Shown: positions 1 through 10,936, counted from the stretch's first letter. The stretch is 64,000 nucleotides of DNA from Anaerolineae bacterium (GCA_035529315.1 DATKWZ010000030.1:67825-131824); one strand, 5' to 3'. Numbers and translations are program-made. The notes: generated by a model not told the origin, from the letters alone.

Positions 1-957
1 GTTCCCCAGGTAGAGCTTGCGTCATGGCTTGTCGACAACAGTTTTGCAGACAGGGTTTTTTTCTGCAACAGCGGCGCTGAAGCAAACGAGGCTGCAATAA
101 AATTAGCCAGAAAATATTTCAATGATAAAGGAGATCTGCACCGTAACAGGATAATAGCCATGGAGAAATCTTTTCATGGACGCACCATGGCCACCCTTTC
201 TGCTACCGGCCAGGACAAGATCAAGCAGGGTTTTGACCCATTACTCGAAGGTTTTGATTTTGTGCCTTTTAACGATATTGACGCGCTAAAAAATAAAATA
301 AACACATCTACATGCGCGGTTATTATAGAGCCTGTCCAGGGTGAAGGGGGTGTCCGCTGCCCTGATGCCGAATACCTTAAAGACGTGAGGCGGCTTTGTG
401 ATAAAACAGGGGTTTTGCTGGTTTTTGATGAAATACAGACAGGAATTGGACGGACCGGAAAACTTTTTGCTTATGAGCATTTCGGGATTAAGCCTGATAT
501 CATGACATTGGCCAAAGCGCTTGCCAATGGATTACCAATAGGAGCTATGCTGGCTAAAGAGCATATTGCCGAGGCATTCGGGCCGGGTTCACATGCTTCG
601 ACATTTGGAGGCACGCCGGTTGTTACCGCTGCTTCATTAGAAGTTGTCAGGACGCTTGTCAGGGAAAGGGTTATAGACCATTGCTTGCAGGTCGGAGCCT
701 ATTTTAAGGAAAGACTTTTGTGGCTGAAAGACAGGCATGATTCCATTACAGATGTTCGCGGAATCGGTTTGCTGCTTGGAATAAAACTTAAAACAGACGC
801 AGGGCCTGTTGTGAAAAAATGCATGGAAAAAGGGTTTCTGATAAATTGCGTTCAGGGTAATATCCTGCGATTCATTCCTCCCCTTATCATAGAAAAGGAT
901 GAGATAAACTCCCTGATAAAATGCCTGGATGAAATATTGATGGCGGGATTGAATTGA
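1..957 (+). CDS. argD: acetylornithine aminotransferase (5' end outside window)
   Basis: Frame 1 is open from nt 1 (VPQVELASWLVDNSFADRVFFCNSGAEANEAAIKLARKY..) and runs into ORF 160..957. Class-III PLP aminotransferase motifs are present (FDEIQTGIGRTGK, HASTFGG). It heads an argD-argF-argG-argH row. Confidence 0.9.
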   Translation, partial: VPQVELASWLVDNSFADRVFFCNSGAEANEAAIKLARKYFNDKGDLHRNRIIAMEKSFHGRTMATLSATGQDKIKQGFDPLLEGFDFVPFNDIDALKNKINTSTCAVIIEPVQGEGGVRCPDAEYLKDVRRLCDKTGVLLVFDEIQTGIGRTGKLFAYEHFGIKPDIMTLAKALANGLPIGAMLAKEHIAEAFGPGSHASTFGGTPVVTAASLEVVRTLVRERVIDHCLQVGAYFKERLLWLKDRHDSITDVRGIGLLLGIKLKTDAGPVVKKCMEKGFLINCVQGNILRFIPPLIIEKDEINSLIKCLDEILMAGLN

Positions 958-1868
958 AAAAAGACATACTAACACTTTTAGACCTGTCCAAAGAAGATTT
1001 TGAGATCTTCTTTAAGCGGGCGCTTGAGCTTAAAAAGGAACATAATAAAGGGATTTCCAATAGATCGTTTGCAGGGAAAACACTAGGCCTTATTTTTGAT
1101 AAACATTCGACACGCACCCGTCTGTCTTTTGAGACGGCAATGGTTCAGCTTGGCGGAACCTCTATATTTATCAGCGCCAAAGATACTCAGATCGCCAGGG
1201 ATGAACCGGTAAGGGATACTGCCAGGGTTCTTTCAAGATACCTGGACTGCCTGGCTATCAGGACATTTTCGCAGGATCTGTTAAATGAGTTTGCAGAGTA
1301 TGCTTCCATTCCGGTAATAAATGCCCTGACCGATCTTTATCATCCATGCCAGGTTTTAAGCGATCTTTTGACCGTGATAGAGCACAAGGGGGGATATAAA
1401 GACCTAAAAATAGCATGGGTTGGAGACGGCAATAATGTGGCTCATTCATGGATAAATGCTGCTGCTGTCCTCGGGCTTAATCTTACATTAGCCTGTCCTG
1501 AAGGATATTATCCTGACAGTAAAGTTGTCGAAAAGGCGCTTAAGAGAAAGTGCGGCAAGATTATGACAACCTCGGACCCTGTTGAGGCAGCGGATAATGC
1601 AGATGTGATATATACCGATGTATGGGCAAGCATGGGACAGGAGACCGAGCAAATTGAAAGAAAGCAGGCGTTTAAGCCTTTTCAGGTAAATAAAGAGCTT
1701 GTTGATAAGGCACGGAAAGATGTTATAGTAATGCACTGCCTGCCGGCTCACAGGGGTGAAGAGATTAGCGAAGAGGTGCTGGAAGGGCCTAATTCGGTTG
1801 TTTGGGATCAGGCTGAAAACAAACGCCATATGCATAAGGCGGTGCTTGAAGTATTGATGGGTAAGTAA
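954..1868 (+). CDS. argF: ornithine carbamoyltransferase
   Basis: 304 aa with STRTRLSFE, HPCQ and HCLPAHRGEE motifs. The TTG start overlaps the argD stop. Confidence 0.9.
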   Translation: MKKDILTLLDLSKEDFEIFFKRALELKKEHNKGISNRSFAGKTLGLIFDKHSTRTRLSFETAMVQLGGTSIFISAKDTQIARDEPVRDTARVLSRYLDCLAIRTFSQDLLNEFAEYASIPVINALTDLYHPCQVLSDLLTVIEHKGGYKDLKIAWVGDGNNVAHSWINAAAVLGLNLTLACPEGYYPDSKVVEKALKRKCGKIMTTSDPVEAADNADVIYTDVWASMGQETEQIERKQAFKPFQVNKELVDKARKDVIVMHCLPAHRGEEISEEVLEGPNSVVWDQAENKRHMHKAVLEVLMGK

Positions 1869-1886
1869 TGGAAACAGGATAATATC

Positions 1887-3089
1887 ATGTCTGATAAAAT
1901 AAACAAGGTGGTTTTAGCCTATTCGGGCGGCCTTGATACATCAGTTATATTAAAATGGCTTATTGAGACATATGATTGCGAAGTGATCGCATTTTCAGCC
2001 GATTTAGGGCAGGAAGAGGAGCTTGATCATTTAGAAGAAAAAGCATTAAAGACCGGCGCTAAAGCGGTTTATATAGATGATCTTAAGGAGACCTTTGTTA
2101 AGGATTATGTATTTCCGGCTTTTCGCGCAAATGCCATTTATGAGCACCAGTATCTTTTAGGCACATCCCTTGCCAGACCCCTTATAGCGAAACGACAAAT
2201 TGAGATAGCGCAGATAGAAGGGGCGGACGCCGTAAGCCATGGAGCTACAGGAAAGGGGAACGACCAGGTACGATTTGAGCTGAGCTATCTTGCGCTTAAT
2301 CCAGGCATTAAAATCATTGCTCCATGGCGTGAATGGACGCTTAACTCTCGCTCATCCCTTATGGAGTTTGCAGAAAAACACGGCATACCTGTTCCGACAA
2401 CCCCGGCAAAACCTTATAGCTCTGACAGAAACCTCCTTCATATAAGTTACGAAGGCGGCGTGCTTGAAAATCCCTGGCAGGAACCGCCTGAGAATATGTT
2501 TACATTGACTGTTTCGCCAGAGAACGCGCCTGACAAGCCTGAAATAATTGAAATAATTTTTAAGGAGGGTGATCCGGTTGCAATAAACGGTAAAGAGCTG
2601 TCGCCGGCAAATCTGCTTAAGGAGCTAAACAGACTTGGCGGCCGTAACGGCATAGGCAGGGCAGATATAGTTGAAAACCGCTTTGTCGGCATGAAATCCC
2701 GTGGAGTATATGAAACCCCCGGTGGCACTATATTGAGGACAGCCCACATAGCGATTGAATCGATTACCATGGACAGAGAGATAATGCATCTCAGGGATTC
2801 TTTGATACCTAAATATTCTGAAATCATATATTATGGTTTCTGGTTTTCACCTGAGATGAAGCTTCTGCAGGCTATGATAGACCAGACCCAGCATAATGTT
2901 TCAGGGGTTGTGCGCTTAGAACTATATAAGGGAAACTGCCGTGTTCTTGGGCGCAAATCAGATCAATCCCTTTACAGTGAGGATTTTGCAACATTTGAAA
3001 AAGACAGTGTTTTCAGCCAGAAAGATGCCGAAGGCTTTATCCGCCTTAATGCACTAAGATTGCGTATTCAAAAAATGATGAATTCGTAA
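1887..3089 (+). CDS. argG: argininosuccinate synthase
   Basis: 400 aa with the [12 protein letters not shown]-pyrophosphatase motif and [15 protein letters not shown]. The last codons and the stop (..AAA ATG ATG AAT TCG TAA) lie inside the left end of a MITE-like repeat. Confidence 0.95.
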   Translation: MSDKINKVVLAYSGGLDTSVILKWLIETYDCEVIAFSADLGQEEELDHLEEKALKTGAKAVYIDDLKETFVKDYVFPAFRANAIYEHQYLLGTSLARPLIAKRQIEIAQIEGADAVSHGATGKGNDQVRFELSYLALNPGIKIIAPWREWTLNSRSSLMEFAEKHGIPVPTTPAKPYSSDRNLLHISYEGGVLENPWQEPPENMFTLTVSPENAPDKPEIIEIIFKEGDPVAINGKELSPANLLKELNRLGGRNGIGRADIVENRFVGMKSRGVYETPGGTILRTAHIAIESITMDREIMHLRDSLIPKYSEIIYYGFWFSPEMKLLQAMIDQTQHNVSGVVRLELYKGNCRVLGRKSDQSLYSEDFATFEKDSVFSQKDAEGFIRLNALRLRIQKMMNS

Positions 3090-3234
3090 AAAGCCGAATT
3101 TACCACAGAGCACACGGAGACCACAGAGACAACTATTTGTAATTACCGGATAGCGCTAACACTTCACTACATGCCCGGCTTTTGCCAGAATGACGGAAAA
3201 GAGAACTTTTCGACTTTTTACGAAGTCATCAAGA
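3074..3234. repeat. MITE-like element, family 1 (long form)
   Basis: The terminal inverted repeats are AATGATGAATTCGTAAAAAGCC (left) and GACTTTTTACGAAGTCATCAAG (right). The internal core GGATAGCGCT..CTTCACTACATGCCCGGCTTTTGCCAGAATGACGGAAAA (3148-3200) closely matches 47346-47398. Confidence 0.75.
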
Positions 3235-3288
3235 TTTATTTCTCCAATTTTCAATCGACAATATTCAATTCTAATTAAGAGGTTATAT

Positions 3289-4686
3289 ATGACAGAAAAG
3301 CCATGGGGCGGCAGATTTTCAGAAAAAACAGATAGAGGCGTAGAGATTTTTACCTCTTCAATAGATGTGGATAAGCGGCTCTATGCTTATGATATTGAAG
3401 GCAGTATCGCTCATTGCAGTATGCTTGCAAAGGCGTCGATTATTACAGAAGAGGATTCTTCATCAATAATACAGGGCCTTAGCAATATAAAAAAGGAATT
3501 TGAGAGAGAAGAATTCCTGTTTGATGATGGTCTGGAGGATATCCATATGCATATTGAATCCAGACTTCTCCATGTGGTAGGAAAGGTTGCCCAGAAGCTT
3601 CATACAGCAAGGAGCCGTAATGATCAGGTGGCCCTGGATGTGCGTATGTACCTTAGAGATGAGACCGCAAAGATTATTAAAAGCCTCATTAATCTGAAAA
3701 AAGTTATTTTGTTATTTGCCAAGGCCAATATTGATACTATTTTGCCTGGATATACCCATCTGCAGAGAGCGCAGCCGGTGCTTTTGGCTCACCATACGAT
3801 GGCCTATTATGAGATGTTTTTGCGGGATGCGGACAGATTCAGGGACTGTCTGAAACGGATAAATGTAATGCCGCTCGGAAGCGGAGCCCTTGCCGGAACA
3901 ACATTTCAGATCGACAGAGATTACACGGCCAAGCTTCTTAAATTTAAAGAGGTGTCGAGAAACAGTATAGATTCGGTTTCAGACAGAGATTTTATCATTG
4001 AATTCTTATCAGCGGCAAGTATATGCATGATGCATTTCAGCCGCTTATCGGAAGAGGTTATTTTATGGTCCACATATGAGTTCGGTTTTATTGACCTTCC
4101 TGATTCATTTGCCACAGGAAGCAGTATCATGCCCCAAAAGAAAAACCCTGATGTTCCTGAACTGGTCCGCGGGAAAACCGGTCGTGTTTTTGGGAATCTG
4201 ATGGCCATTTTATCCATTATGAAATCATTACCGCTTGCCTATAATCGGGACATGCAGGAGGATAAAGAGCCTTTGTTTAATACGGTTGATATTTTAAAAG
4301 CCTGCATTGATATATATTCGTCGATGCTTCCCAAGCTGAAAATCAACAAAGAGACAATGCGTGAGGCCGCAACCAAAGGGTTTTTAAATGCAACAGATCT
4401 GGCTGATTATCTTGTGACCGCGGGAATGCCTTTTCGGCAGGCTCATACCTGCGCAGGCAAAGCAGTAAGCTATGCGCTGGACAATGATAAAGAACTGCAC
4501 GAACTTACATTAAAAGAGTTAAAACCTTTTTCAAGCCTGATTAAAAAGGATGTTTTTAATATTTTAAGCACAGATCAGATGATAAATCGCAGGACATCTT
4601 TTGGCGGAACCGCCAGAAAAAATGTTCTGGCTGCTATAAAGGCCGCTGAAAAGGGTCTTAATGCTGTGGAGCATGCTGATGAATAA
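3289..4686 (+). CDS. argH: argininosuccinate lyase
   Basis: The start is taken at ATG 3289 (MTEKPWGGRFSEK..), with AAGAGG upstream. The fumarate-lyase signature GSSIMPQKKNPD is present. The 33 extra codons of ORF 3190.. lie inside the MITE and are discarded. Confidence 0.9.
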   Translation: MTEKPWGGRFSEKTDRGVEIFTSSIDVDKRLYAYDIEGSIAHCSMLAKASIITEEDSSSIIQGLSNIKKEFEREEFLFDDGLEDIHMHIESRLLHVVGKVAQKLHTARSRNDQVALDVRMYLRDETAKIIKSLINLKKVILLFAKANIDTILPGYTHLQRAQPVLLAHHTMAYYEMFLRDADRFRDCLKRINVMPLGSGALAGTTFQIDRDYTAKLLKFKEVSRNSIDSVSDRDFIIEFLSAASICMMHFSRLSEEVILWSTYEFGFIDLPDSFATGSSIMPQKKNPDVPELVRGKTGRVFGNLMAILSIMKSLPLAYNRDMQEDKEPLFNTVDILKACIDIYSSMLPKLKINKETMREAATKGFLNATDLADYLVTAGMPFRQAHTCAGKAVSYALDNDKELHELTLKELKPFSSLIKKDVFNILSTDQMINRRTSFGGTARKNVLAAIKAAEKGLNAVEHADE

Positions 4687-5131
4687 AGGCTTTGTCAGAG
4701 GTTTGGCCGCAATAATATTTTTAATTCTGCTCTGCATTGTTGTTTTTCCCTTTGGATGCGGCAGAAAGACAGATCCTGTCCCTCCAGGTCAGGCCGGGCC
4801 GCCTGTGGTTGATAATTTAAATTCAAGTATAGACGGTGATATTCTCGAGCTTGCCTGGACCATTCCTGATGAAAAAGGGAAGATCGCATCAGGCTTGGGC
4901 GGTTTTATTGTATATAAATCAAAAACATCTCTTTCCGAGCCTGTCTGTGAAAAGTGTCCTGTGCGTTTTAAGAAAATTGCCGATATTCCTATTGTAGAAA
5001 AGGATATAAATAAAAAAATAACCTACAGGGAAACCCTGGAAAAGGGCTGCAGATATATCTATAAGGTAGCCGTTTATACAAAAACAGGAGCTTTTGGAAA
5101 AGACTCCAATTATATAGAACTTGACCACTAA
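4679..5131 (+). CDS. hypothetical exported protein / possible lipoprotein
   Basis: The N-terminus MNKGFVRGLAAIIFLILLCIVVFPFGCG looks like a signal peptide with a Cys after the hydrophobic core. No family was recognised. The start could be ATG 4661, 4673 or 4679. Confidence 0.5.
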   Translation: MNKGFVRGLAAIIFLILLCIVVFPFGCGRKTDPVPPGQAGPPVVDNLNSSIDGDILELAWTIPDEKGKIASGLGGFIVYKSKTSLSEPVCEKCPVRFKKIADIPIVEKDINKKITYRETLEKGCRYIYKVAVYTKTGAFGKDSNYIELDH

Positions 5132-5193
5132 CGGCTCAATGTCATTAATTCAGGCAATTTTATTATTAATCACCAGTAACGAGCAGCAATTTT

Positions 5194-6453
5194 ATGCATC
5201 ATTTTAATTATCGTGACAATGAACTCTATTGTGAAGATGTTCCGGTTCAAACCATCGCTCAAAAGGTCGGCACCCCTTTTTATTTATACAGTCATGCCAC
5301 ATTAAAGCGTCATTTTGTCACCTTTAACGATGCGTTTGACGGCATAAAACGGCTTGTCTGTTTTTCTGCAAAGGCAAATACCAGCCTTGCTGTTTTAAAA
5401 CTTTTTGCAGGTCTTGGAAGCGGCCTTGATATTGTTTCAGGAGGGGAACTCTATCGCGGATTAAAAGCCGGCTTTCAGCCCGATAGAATTGTCTATTCAG
5501 GCGTTGGAAAACGCATAGATGAGATCGACTACGCTCTTAATACAGGCATCATGATGTTTAACGTCGAATCTCTTGAAGAGCTTGAACTTATAAACAAAAG
5601 AGCCGGCTTTTTAAAATTGAGAGCTCCTGTTGCAATCCGGGTAAATCCTGATGTTGATCCCAAAACACATCCATATATTTCAACGGGTCTGAAAAAGAAT
5701 AAATTTGGTATTGACATTGAGACCGCGAGTGAATGCTACAAGGTTGCAAAGAGCTTAAAGAATATTAATGTAATAGGAATCGACTGTCATATCGGATCAC
5801 AGATTACCCAGGTGCAGCCTTTTGTAGATGCGCTGAAAAGCATCAAGGTGTTGATAAACAGACTGAAGGATTCGGGGATTGAAATAAGATACCTTGATAT
5901 AGGCGGTGGCCTTGGAATAACATATAATGATGAATCTCCTCCTGAGCTTAATGATTACGCGGGAGCAATAGTTAAGTCTCTTGAAGGGATGCCGCTTCAA
6001 CTTATTTTAGAGCCCGGCAGAGTCATTGTAGGAAATGCAGGGATACTGGTCACAAAAGTTCTTTATAGAAAATCAGGCAAAGACAAGGAGTTTATTGTCG
6101 TTGATGCGGGCATGAACGATCTGGCGCGTCCGAGCCTTTATAAAGCATTTCATGCGATTGAACCGGTTGTAAAGTCTGAAAATGAGCTGATAACAGCGGA
6201 TATTGTAGGGCCTATCTGTGAGAGTGGAGATTTCCTGGCCGCAGATCGCAGGATTTCTAATGTAAAGAGAGACGATCTTCTAGCGGTGATGAGCGCCGGC
6301 GCATATGGATTTACAATGTCGTCTAATTACTGTTCAAGGCTGCGCGTTGCCGAAGTTATGGTAAAGGACGACCGGTTTTATGTTGTAAAAAAACGCCAGG
6401 ATTATACTGACCTGATAGCAGGAGAATCGATACCGCCGTTTTTAGAAAATTAG
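5194..6453 (+). CDS. lysA: diaminopimelate decarboxylase
   Basis: 419 aa of the PLP decarboxylase family, with GPICESGDFLA near the C-terminus. It is adjacent to dapF. Confidence 0.9.
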   Translation: MHHFNYRDNELYCEDVPVQTIAQKVGTPFYLYSHATLKRHFVTFNDAFDGIKRLVCFSAKANTSLAVLKLFAGLGSGLDIVSGGELYRGLKAGFQPDRIVYSGVGKRIDEIDYALNTGIMMFNVESLEELELINKRAGFLKLRAPVAIRVNPDVDPKTHPYISTGLKKNKFGIDIETASECYKVAKSLKNINVIGIDCHIGSQITQVQPFVDALKSIKVLINRLKDSGIEIRYLDIGGGLGITYNDESPPELNDYAGAIVKSLEGMPLQLILEPGRVIVGNAGILVTKVLYRKSGKDKEFIVVDAGMNDLARPSLYKAFHAIEPVVKSENELITADIVGPICESGDFLAADRRISNVKRDDLLAVMSAGAYGFTMSSNYCSRLRVAEVMVKDDRFYVVKKRQDYTDLIAGESIPPFLEN

Positions 6454-6679
6454 AGACTTTGTAACACGTTAGTTCTTTAAACGGTAAGGGCCAAAATAAA
6501 TTTTTAAAGCGAAATATTATACCTTAAGCTTCGACAACGGCACCAACAACAAACATTAAGACAATACTTGAAACCACGTATGAGTTCAGTAAGTTATATA
6601 TCCTGTTATCCTGTCAGAGTCTTTTTCAAAAGGCTAAAATGTTACTCAACTTTTAGTTGAGCACTTCTTTCTTAAAATT

Positions 6680-7513
6680 ATGAAACATATTGAATTCTTT
6701 AAAGTAAGCGGCAGCGGAAACGATTTTATCATAATCGATAACAGGGACAGGATTATTGATGAAAAGAATCTGAAAAATTTTGTCGCAAATGTGTGCCGCA
6801 GAAAAATGTCTGTTGGCGCTGATGGATTAATATTGGTAGAAAAGTCTGGTTTGGTTGATTTTAAGTGGCGTTTTTTTAATTCTGACGGAAACCCTGCCGA
6901 GATGTGTGGAAACGGGGCAAGATGTGTTGCGCGTTTTGCATATTTAAACAGGATCGCCGGCCCTGAGATGTCATTTGAAACAGATGCGGGGATAGTTTCC
7001 GCACAGGTTACAAACCATCTGGTTAAGGTTAAGATGCCGGACCCTGTGAATCTTAAAGTCGATTATTCCATTGACCTTAAAAACGGGCCTTTGTTTATCA
7101 GCAGTGTTAATACCGGCGTTCCTCACGTGGTAATTATGCTTGACAGCATTGATGATATTGATGTTGTTAATCTTGGCAGGGAGATGCGGTTTCACGAGAG
7201 GTTTGCTCCTGCAGGAACAAATGTAAATTTCATATGCCCGCGGCAGGATGGCGTTATTGCCATACGGACTTATGAGCGCGGAGTCGAAGATGAAACCCTG
7301 GCATGCGGCACAGGTGCGGTAGCAGGGGCTCTTGTAACGGCAAAAAAGTCAAAAATCAAATCTCCTGTTAATATTAGAACTAAAAGCAGGCAGAATCTTT
7401 ATGTTTACTACAAGGAAAAGGAAGACATTTTTTACGATGTTTATCTTGAGGGGGATGCCCGCATTATTTACAGGGGAGAAGTTTATGAGGATGCCTGGAA
7501 GTTTGAGGAATAA
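6680..7513 (+). CDS. dapF: diaminopimelate epimerase
   Basis: 277 aa with SGNDF and the two catalytic-Cys contexts MCGNGARC and LACGTGAVA. Confidence 0.9.
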   Translation: MKHIEFFKVSGSGNDFIIIDNRDRIIDEKNLKNFVANVCRRKMSVGADGLILVEKSGLVDFKWRFFNSDGNPAEMCGNGARCVARFAYLNRIAGPEMSFETDAGIVSAQVTNHLVKVKMPDPVNLKVDYSIDLKNGPLFISSVNTGVPHVVIMLDSIDDIDVVNLGREMRFHERFAPAGTNVNFICPRQDGVIAIRTYERGVEDETLACGTGAVAGALVTAKKSKIKSPVNIRTKSRQNLYVYYKEKEDIFYDVYLEGDARIIYRGEVYEDAWKFEE

Positions 7514-7519
7514 AAAATA

Positions 7520-8689
7520 ATGATTAAAATCGAAAAATCGGACAGATTAAATTCATTGCCGCCATATCTGTTCAAGGAAATAGACAGGCAAAAAGAAGAG
7601 GTCAGGAAGTCAGGTGTTGATATCATTGACCTGGGGGTAGGGGATCCCGACATGCCGACCCCTCCGCATATAATTGAAGCTTTAAACAGGGCGGCGCTGG
7701 ATCCGGCAAATCATAGATATCCATCATATACAGGCATGGATGATTTCAACAAGGCGGTTGCGAAATGGTATAAGCGCAGATTTAATGTAGATCTTGATTA
7801 TAAGAAGGAAATTGTCACGCTGATAGGGTCCAAGGAAGGGATAGCCCATATACCCCTTGCCTTTATTAATCCCGGAGATACGGCTCTTGTAACAAGTCCG
7901 GGCTATCCGGTCTATGATATCGGGGTGAGGTTTGCGGGCGGTCAGACATATTTCATGGATCTTATAAAGGAGAATAATTTTCTGCCTGATTTAGGGGCTG
8001 TGCCTGACGAGATCGCGGGGAAAGCAAAGATGATGTTTATTAATTATCCCAACAATCCGACGTCTGCGGTTGCAACCGGGGAATTCTTTGAAGAAACGGT
8101 CGCTTTTGCAGAAACGAACAATATAATTGTTTGTCACGATGCAGCCTATACTGAGATGGCTTTTGATGGATACAAACCGAAAAGTTTTCTTGAAACCCCA
8201 GGCGCAAAGGATGTGGGGATAGAGTTTCATTCACTTTCAAAAACATATAATATGACGGGCTGGCGCATCGGGTTTGCGGTCGGCAGGGCCGAGGTAATAC
8301 AGGCGCTTGGCCAGGTGAAAAGCAATATCGATTCAGGTGCGTTCCAGGCGATCCAGATTGCGGGCATAGCTGCCCTGGAAGGGGACCAGACCGGTTTAGA
8401 GGAGATAAACAAAGAATATGCGTCCCGCCGTGATATATTAGTTGACGGTCTTGCTGATCTTGGATTTTCGGTGGAAAGACCCAGGGCTACATTTTATCTC
8501 TGGATTGAGGTTCCAAAGGGATATTCTTCGACGGAAACAGCAGGCCGCCTTCTGAAAGAGGCAGGCATAGTCGTAACTCCGGGCAATGGATTTGGAGCGG
8601 CAGGAGAAGGATATATAAGAATGGCCTTAACCGTCGGTAAAAAAAGATTGAAAGAGGTTCTTGAAAGAATCGGCTCAGTCGGCTTTTAA
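7520..8689 (+). CDS. dapL: class I/II aminotransferase, probable LL-diaminopimelate aminotransferase
   Basis: 389 aa with the PLP-Lys context [14 protein letters not shown] and an N-terminus [10 protein letters not shown]. The functional call rests on its position after lysA-dapF and on remembered DapL N-termini. Confidence 0.65.
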   Translation: MIKIEKSDRLNSLPPYLFKEIDRQKEEVRKSGVDIIDLGVGDPDMPTPPHIIEALNRAALDPANHRYPSYTGMDDFNKAVAKWYKRRFNVDLDYKKEIVTLIGSKEGIAHIPLAFINPGDTALVTSPGYPVYDIGVRFAGGQTYFMDLIKENNFLPDLGAVPDEIAGKAKMMFINYPNNPTSAVATGEFFEETVAFAETNNIIVCHDAAYTEMAFDGYKPKSFLETPGAKDVGIEFHSLSKTYNMTGWRIGFAVGRAEVIQALGQVKSNIDSGAFQAIQIAGIAALEGDQTGLEEINKEYASRRDILVDGLADLGFSVERPRATFYLWIEVPKGYSSTETAGRLLKEAGIVVTPGNGFGAAGEGYIRMALTVGKKRLKEVLERIGSVGF

Positions 8690-9205
8690 ATGAATTATGG
8701 CCATATCGCATATATTTCCATAGGGTCAAACATGGGAAGCAGGCTTGAAAACTGCAAAAACAGCCTGACCTCCCTGGCAGAATCGAAAACATCTATTATA
8801 AGGAGCATATCTCCTTTTTACATGACCGAACCGGTTGATTATATAAATCAGGATTGGTTTGTAAATCTTGTTGTAAAAATTGAGACCAGACTAGATCCTT
8901 TCCGGCTTTTAGATAAACTAAAATTAATTCAAGGCAATGCGGGTCGCAATCATAATGCCGAAAGGTTCGGCCCCAGAATACTTGATCTTGATATCCTTAT
9001 ATATGATGATATTATAATAAATTCACCTGAGCTGATCATCCCTCATCCCAGGATGCATAAAAGACGCTTTGTTTTAAAGCCTATTTGTGATATAGGTCCA
9101 CACATTGTTCATCCTGTTTTTAAAAAGGATATGCAATGCCTGTTAGACAGCCTGGATGATGATGGGCAAATAGTAAGAGAGCTGAAAGAGCAGGATTTGA
9201 TATAG
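8690..9205 (+). CDS. folK: 2-amino-4-hydroxy-6-hydroxymethyldihydropteridine diphosphokinase
   Basis: 171 aa with the HPPK patterns YISIGSN, GPRILDLDIL and IPHPRMHKRRFVLKP. Confidence 0.85.
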   Translation: MNYGHIAYISIGSNMGSRLENCKNSLTSLAESKTSIIRSISPFYMTEPVDYINQDWFVNLVVKIETRLDPFRLLDKLKLIQGNAGRNHNAERFGPRILDLDILIYDDIIINSPELIIPHPRMHKRRFVLKPICDIGPHIVHPVFKKDMQCLLDSLDDDGQIVRELKEQDLI

Positions 9206-9472
9206 ATGCGGTTTTTAATAATATTAGGATTAATATACTTTGCATACAGGGCGATTAAGTCATGGATGCTTCAAGGCGGGTCATCGAAAACCAAGGTTTC
9301 CCGCGAGGCTGCCGGTGAAATCGACGATGTAATGGTAAAAGATCCTTATTGCGAGGCATATTTCCCAAAGAGAAACGGGGTACATTTAAAGATTGACGAA
9401 AAGGATCTGTATTTTTGCGGCACAGAATGCAGAGATAAATTTATTGCAAAGCATTCAAAAATGGACGTTTAG
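9206..9472 (+). CDS. small membrane-anchored Cys-motif (YHS/TRASH-like) protein
   Basis: 88 aa. An N-terminal hydrophobic helix is followed by DPYCEAYF..YFCGTECRDKF. Confidence 0.5.
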   Translation: MRFLIILGLIYFAYRAIKSWMLQGGSSKTKVSREAAGEIDDVMVKDPYCEAYFPKRNGVHLKIDEKDLYFCGTECRDKFIAKHSKMDV

Positions 9473-9485
9473 GAGGTTTTAACAG

Positions 9486-10130
9486 ATGAAATTTTTTATT
9501 GATACTGCAAATATAGAAGAAATAAAGGATGCTAACAGCATGGGCATGGTTGACGGAGTTACAACCAACCCAAGTCTGGTTGCAAAAGAAGGCCGTGATT
9601 TTGAAGAACTTATTAAAGAGATTTGCGAGATTGTGGATGGACCTGTAAGCGCGGAAGTTATCAGTCTTGATACTGAAGGCATGGTCAAGGAGGCTCGGCA
9701 TCTTGCAGCGCTTCATGATAACATAGTTGTTAAAATCCCCATGACGGTTAATGGAATAAAGGCTACGCGCAAGCTTTCGGAAGAGGGAATAAAGACAAAT
9801 GTCACCCTGGTTTTTTCACCTCTTCAGGCCCTTATGGCGGCAAAAGCGGGGGCTACTTATGTAAGCCCTTTTATCGGACGTTTAGATGACATATCTAATG
9901 AGGGTATGGTTCTGGTAGAGCAGATTGTTGAAATTTACGGCAATTATGCATTTGATACGGAGATTATTGTGGCAAGTGTCAGGAATCCGCTCCATGTTCT
10001 TGACGCGGCGTTAATCGGCGCCGATATTGCTACCATACCATATAAGGTGCTTGCCAAGTTTGCCGCCCACCCCTTGACCGACCAAGGGATTAAAGCCTTT
10101 CTTGATGACTGGAACAAGGCAAAGAAGTAA
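9486..10130 (+). CDS. tal: short-type transaldolase / fructose-6-phosphate aldolase
   Basis: 214 aa with [22 protein letters not shown], and the Schiff-base Lys context VVKIP. Confidence 0.85.
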   Translation: MKFFIDTANIEEIKDANSMGMVDGVTTNPSLVAKEGRDFEELIKEICEIVDGPVSAEVISLDTEGMVKEARHLAALHDNIVVKIPMTVNGIKATRKLSEEGIKTNVTLVFSPLQALMAAKAGATYVSPFIGRLDDISNEGMVLVEQIVEIYGNYAFDTEIIVASVRNPLHVLDAALIGADIATIPYKVLAKFAAHPLTDQGIKAFLDDWNKAKK

Positions 10131-10139
10131 TCAGACAGA

Positions 10140-10706
10140 ATGATTTCTAAAGACAAGATAAAAGATTTACTCAGCAATCCTAACAAGCTGACATTATATC
10201 GCATGGCGGTAATACCGGTCATTGTGTTTCTAATGGTGTTTCCGAACAAATTTTTCACATTTATTGCAGCCCTTTTATTCAGCGCCGCGGCAATTACCGA
10301 TTATCTGGACGGCTATTTTGCAAGGCTTCATGGACTTGAATCCAAGTTTGGAAGGATTATGGATCCGGTTGCCGACAAGCTCCTCGTTGCTTCGGCCTTT
10401 ATCATGCTAGCCTCTCATGGCTGGGTTCCCGGATGGATTGTTTGCATAATTATAGGCCGCGAGATCGCCGTAACCGGCCTGCGTAATTTTGCCGTTGAAA
10501 ACAGAGAGGATATTGCAGCATCAAGTCTTGGAAAATATAAAACAGGGTTTCAGATAGCAGCTATCATACCTCTTTTATTCCATTATCCTCGTTTTGGTGT
10601 AAATTTCCATGCAATCGGAACCATGTTTTTATGGGCGGCTCTGATATTAACGGTCTGGTCGGGAGTTGATTATTTTATGAAGTTCAAAAAGCATCTCAAA
10701 ATATAA
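10140..10706 (+). CDS. pgsA: CDP-diacylglycerol--glycerol-3-phosphate 3-phosphatidyltransferase
   Basis: 188 aa with the CDP-alcohol phosphatidyltransferase motif DGYFAR..G..DPVADK and several TM segments. Confidence 0.85.
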   Translation: MISKDKIKDLLSNPNKLTLYRMAVIPVIVFLMVFPNKFFTFIAALLFSAAAITDYLDGYFARLHGLESKFGRIMDPVADKLLVASAFIMLASHGWVPGWIVCIIIGREIAVTGLRNFAVENREDIAASSLGKYKTGFQIAAIIPLLFHYPRFGVNFHAIGTMFLWAALILTVWSGVDYFMKFKKHLKI

Positions 10707-10761
10707 CCCAGTTTTTTGTTGACAAAATTGCTGTTTTTGTAAAATATTCATAAATCTCTGA

Positions 10762-10836
10762 GCGGGAGTAACTCAGTGGTAGAGTGCGACCTTGCCAAGG
10801 TCGAAGTCGCGGGTTCAAATCCCGTTTCCCGCTCCA
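10762..10836 (+). tRNA. tRNA-Gly (anticodon GCC)
   Basis: A cloverleaf was folded by hand: acceptor GCGGGAG/TTCCCGC, anticodon stem CGACC/GGTCG with loop TTGCCAA, T arm GCGGG-TTCAAAT-CCCGT, and an encoded CCA. Confidence 0.95.
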
Positions 10837-10861
10837 TTTTTATTTTTAGCTTTGGTGTTCC

Positions 10862-10936
10862 GGCGGCATAGCCAAGTGGTAAGGCAGCGGTCTGCAAAAC
10901 CGCTATTCATCAGTTCGAATCTGATTGCCGCCTCCA
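10862..10936 (+). tRNA. tRNA-Cys (anticodon GCA)
   Basis: Acceptor GGCGGCA/TGCCGCC, anticodon stem GCGGT/ACCGC with loop CTGCAAA, T arm ATCAG-TTCGAAT-CTGAT, and an encoded CCA. Confidence 0.95.

Noticed and set aside
3190-3288. N-terminal extensions of argH (3190), mobA (52000), dinD (17074) and the ATPase (22535)
   Set aside because: The extensions start inside repeats or at TTG codons without an SD. Internal ATG codons with good SDs give N-termini typical of each family.
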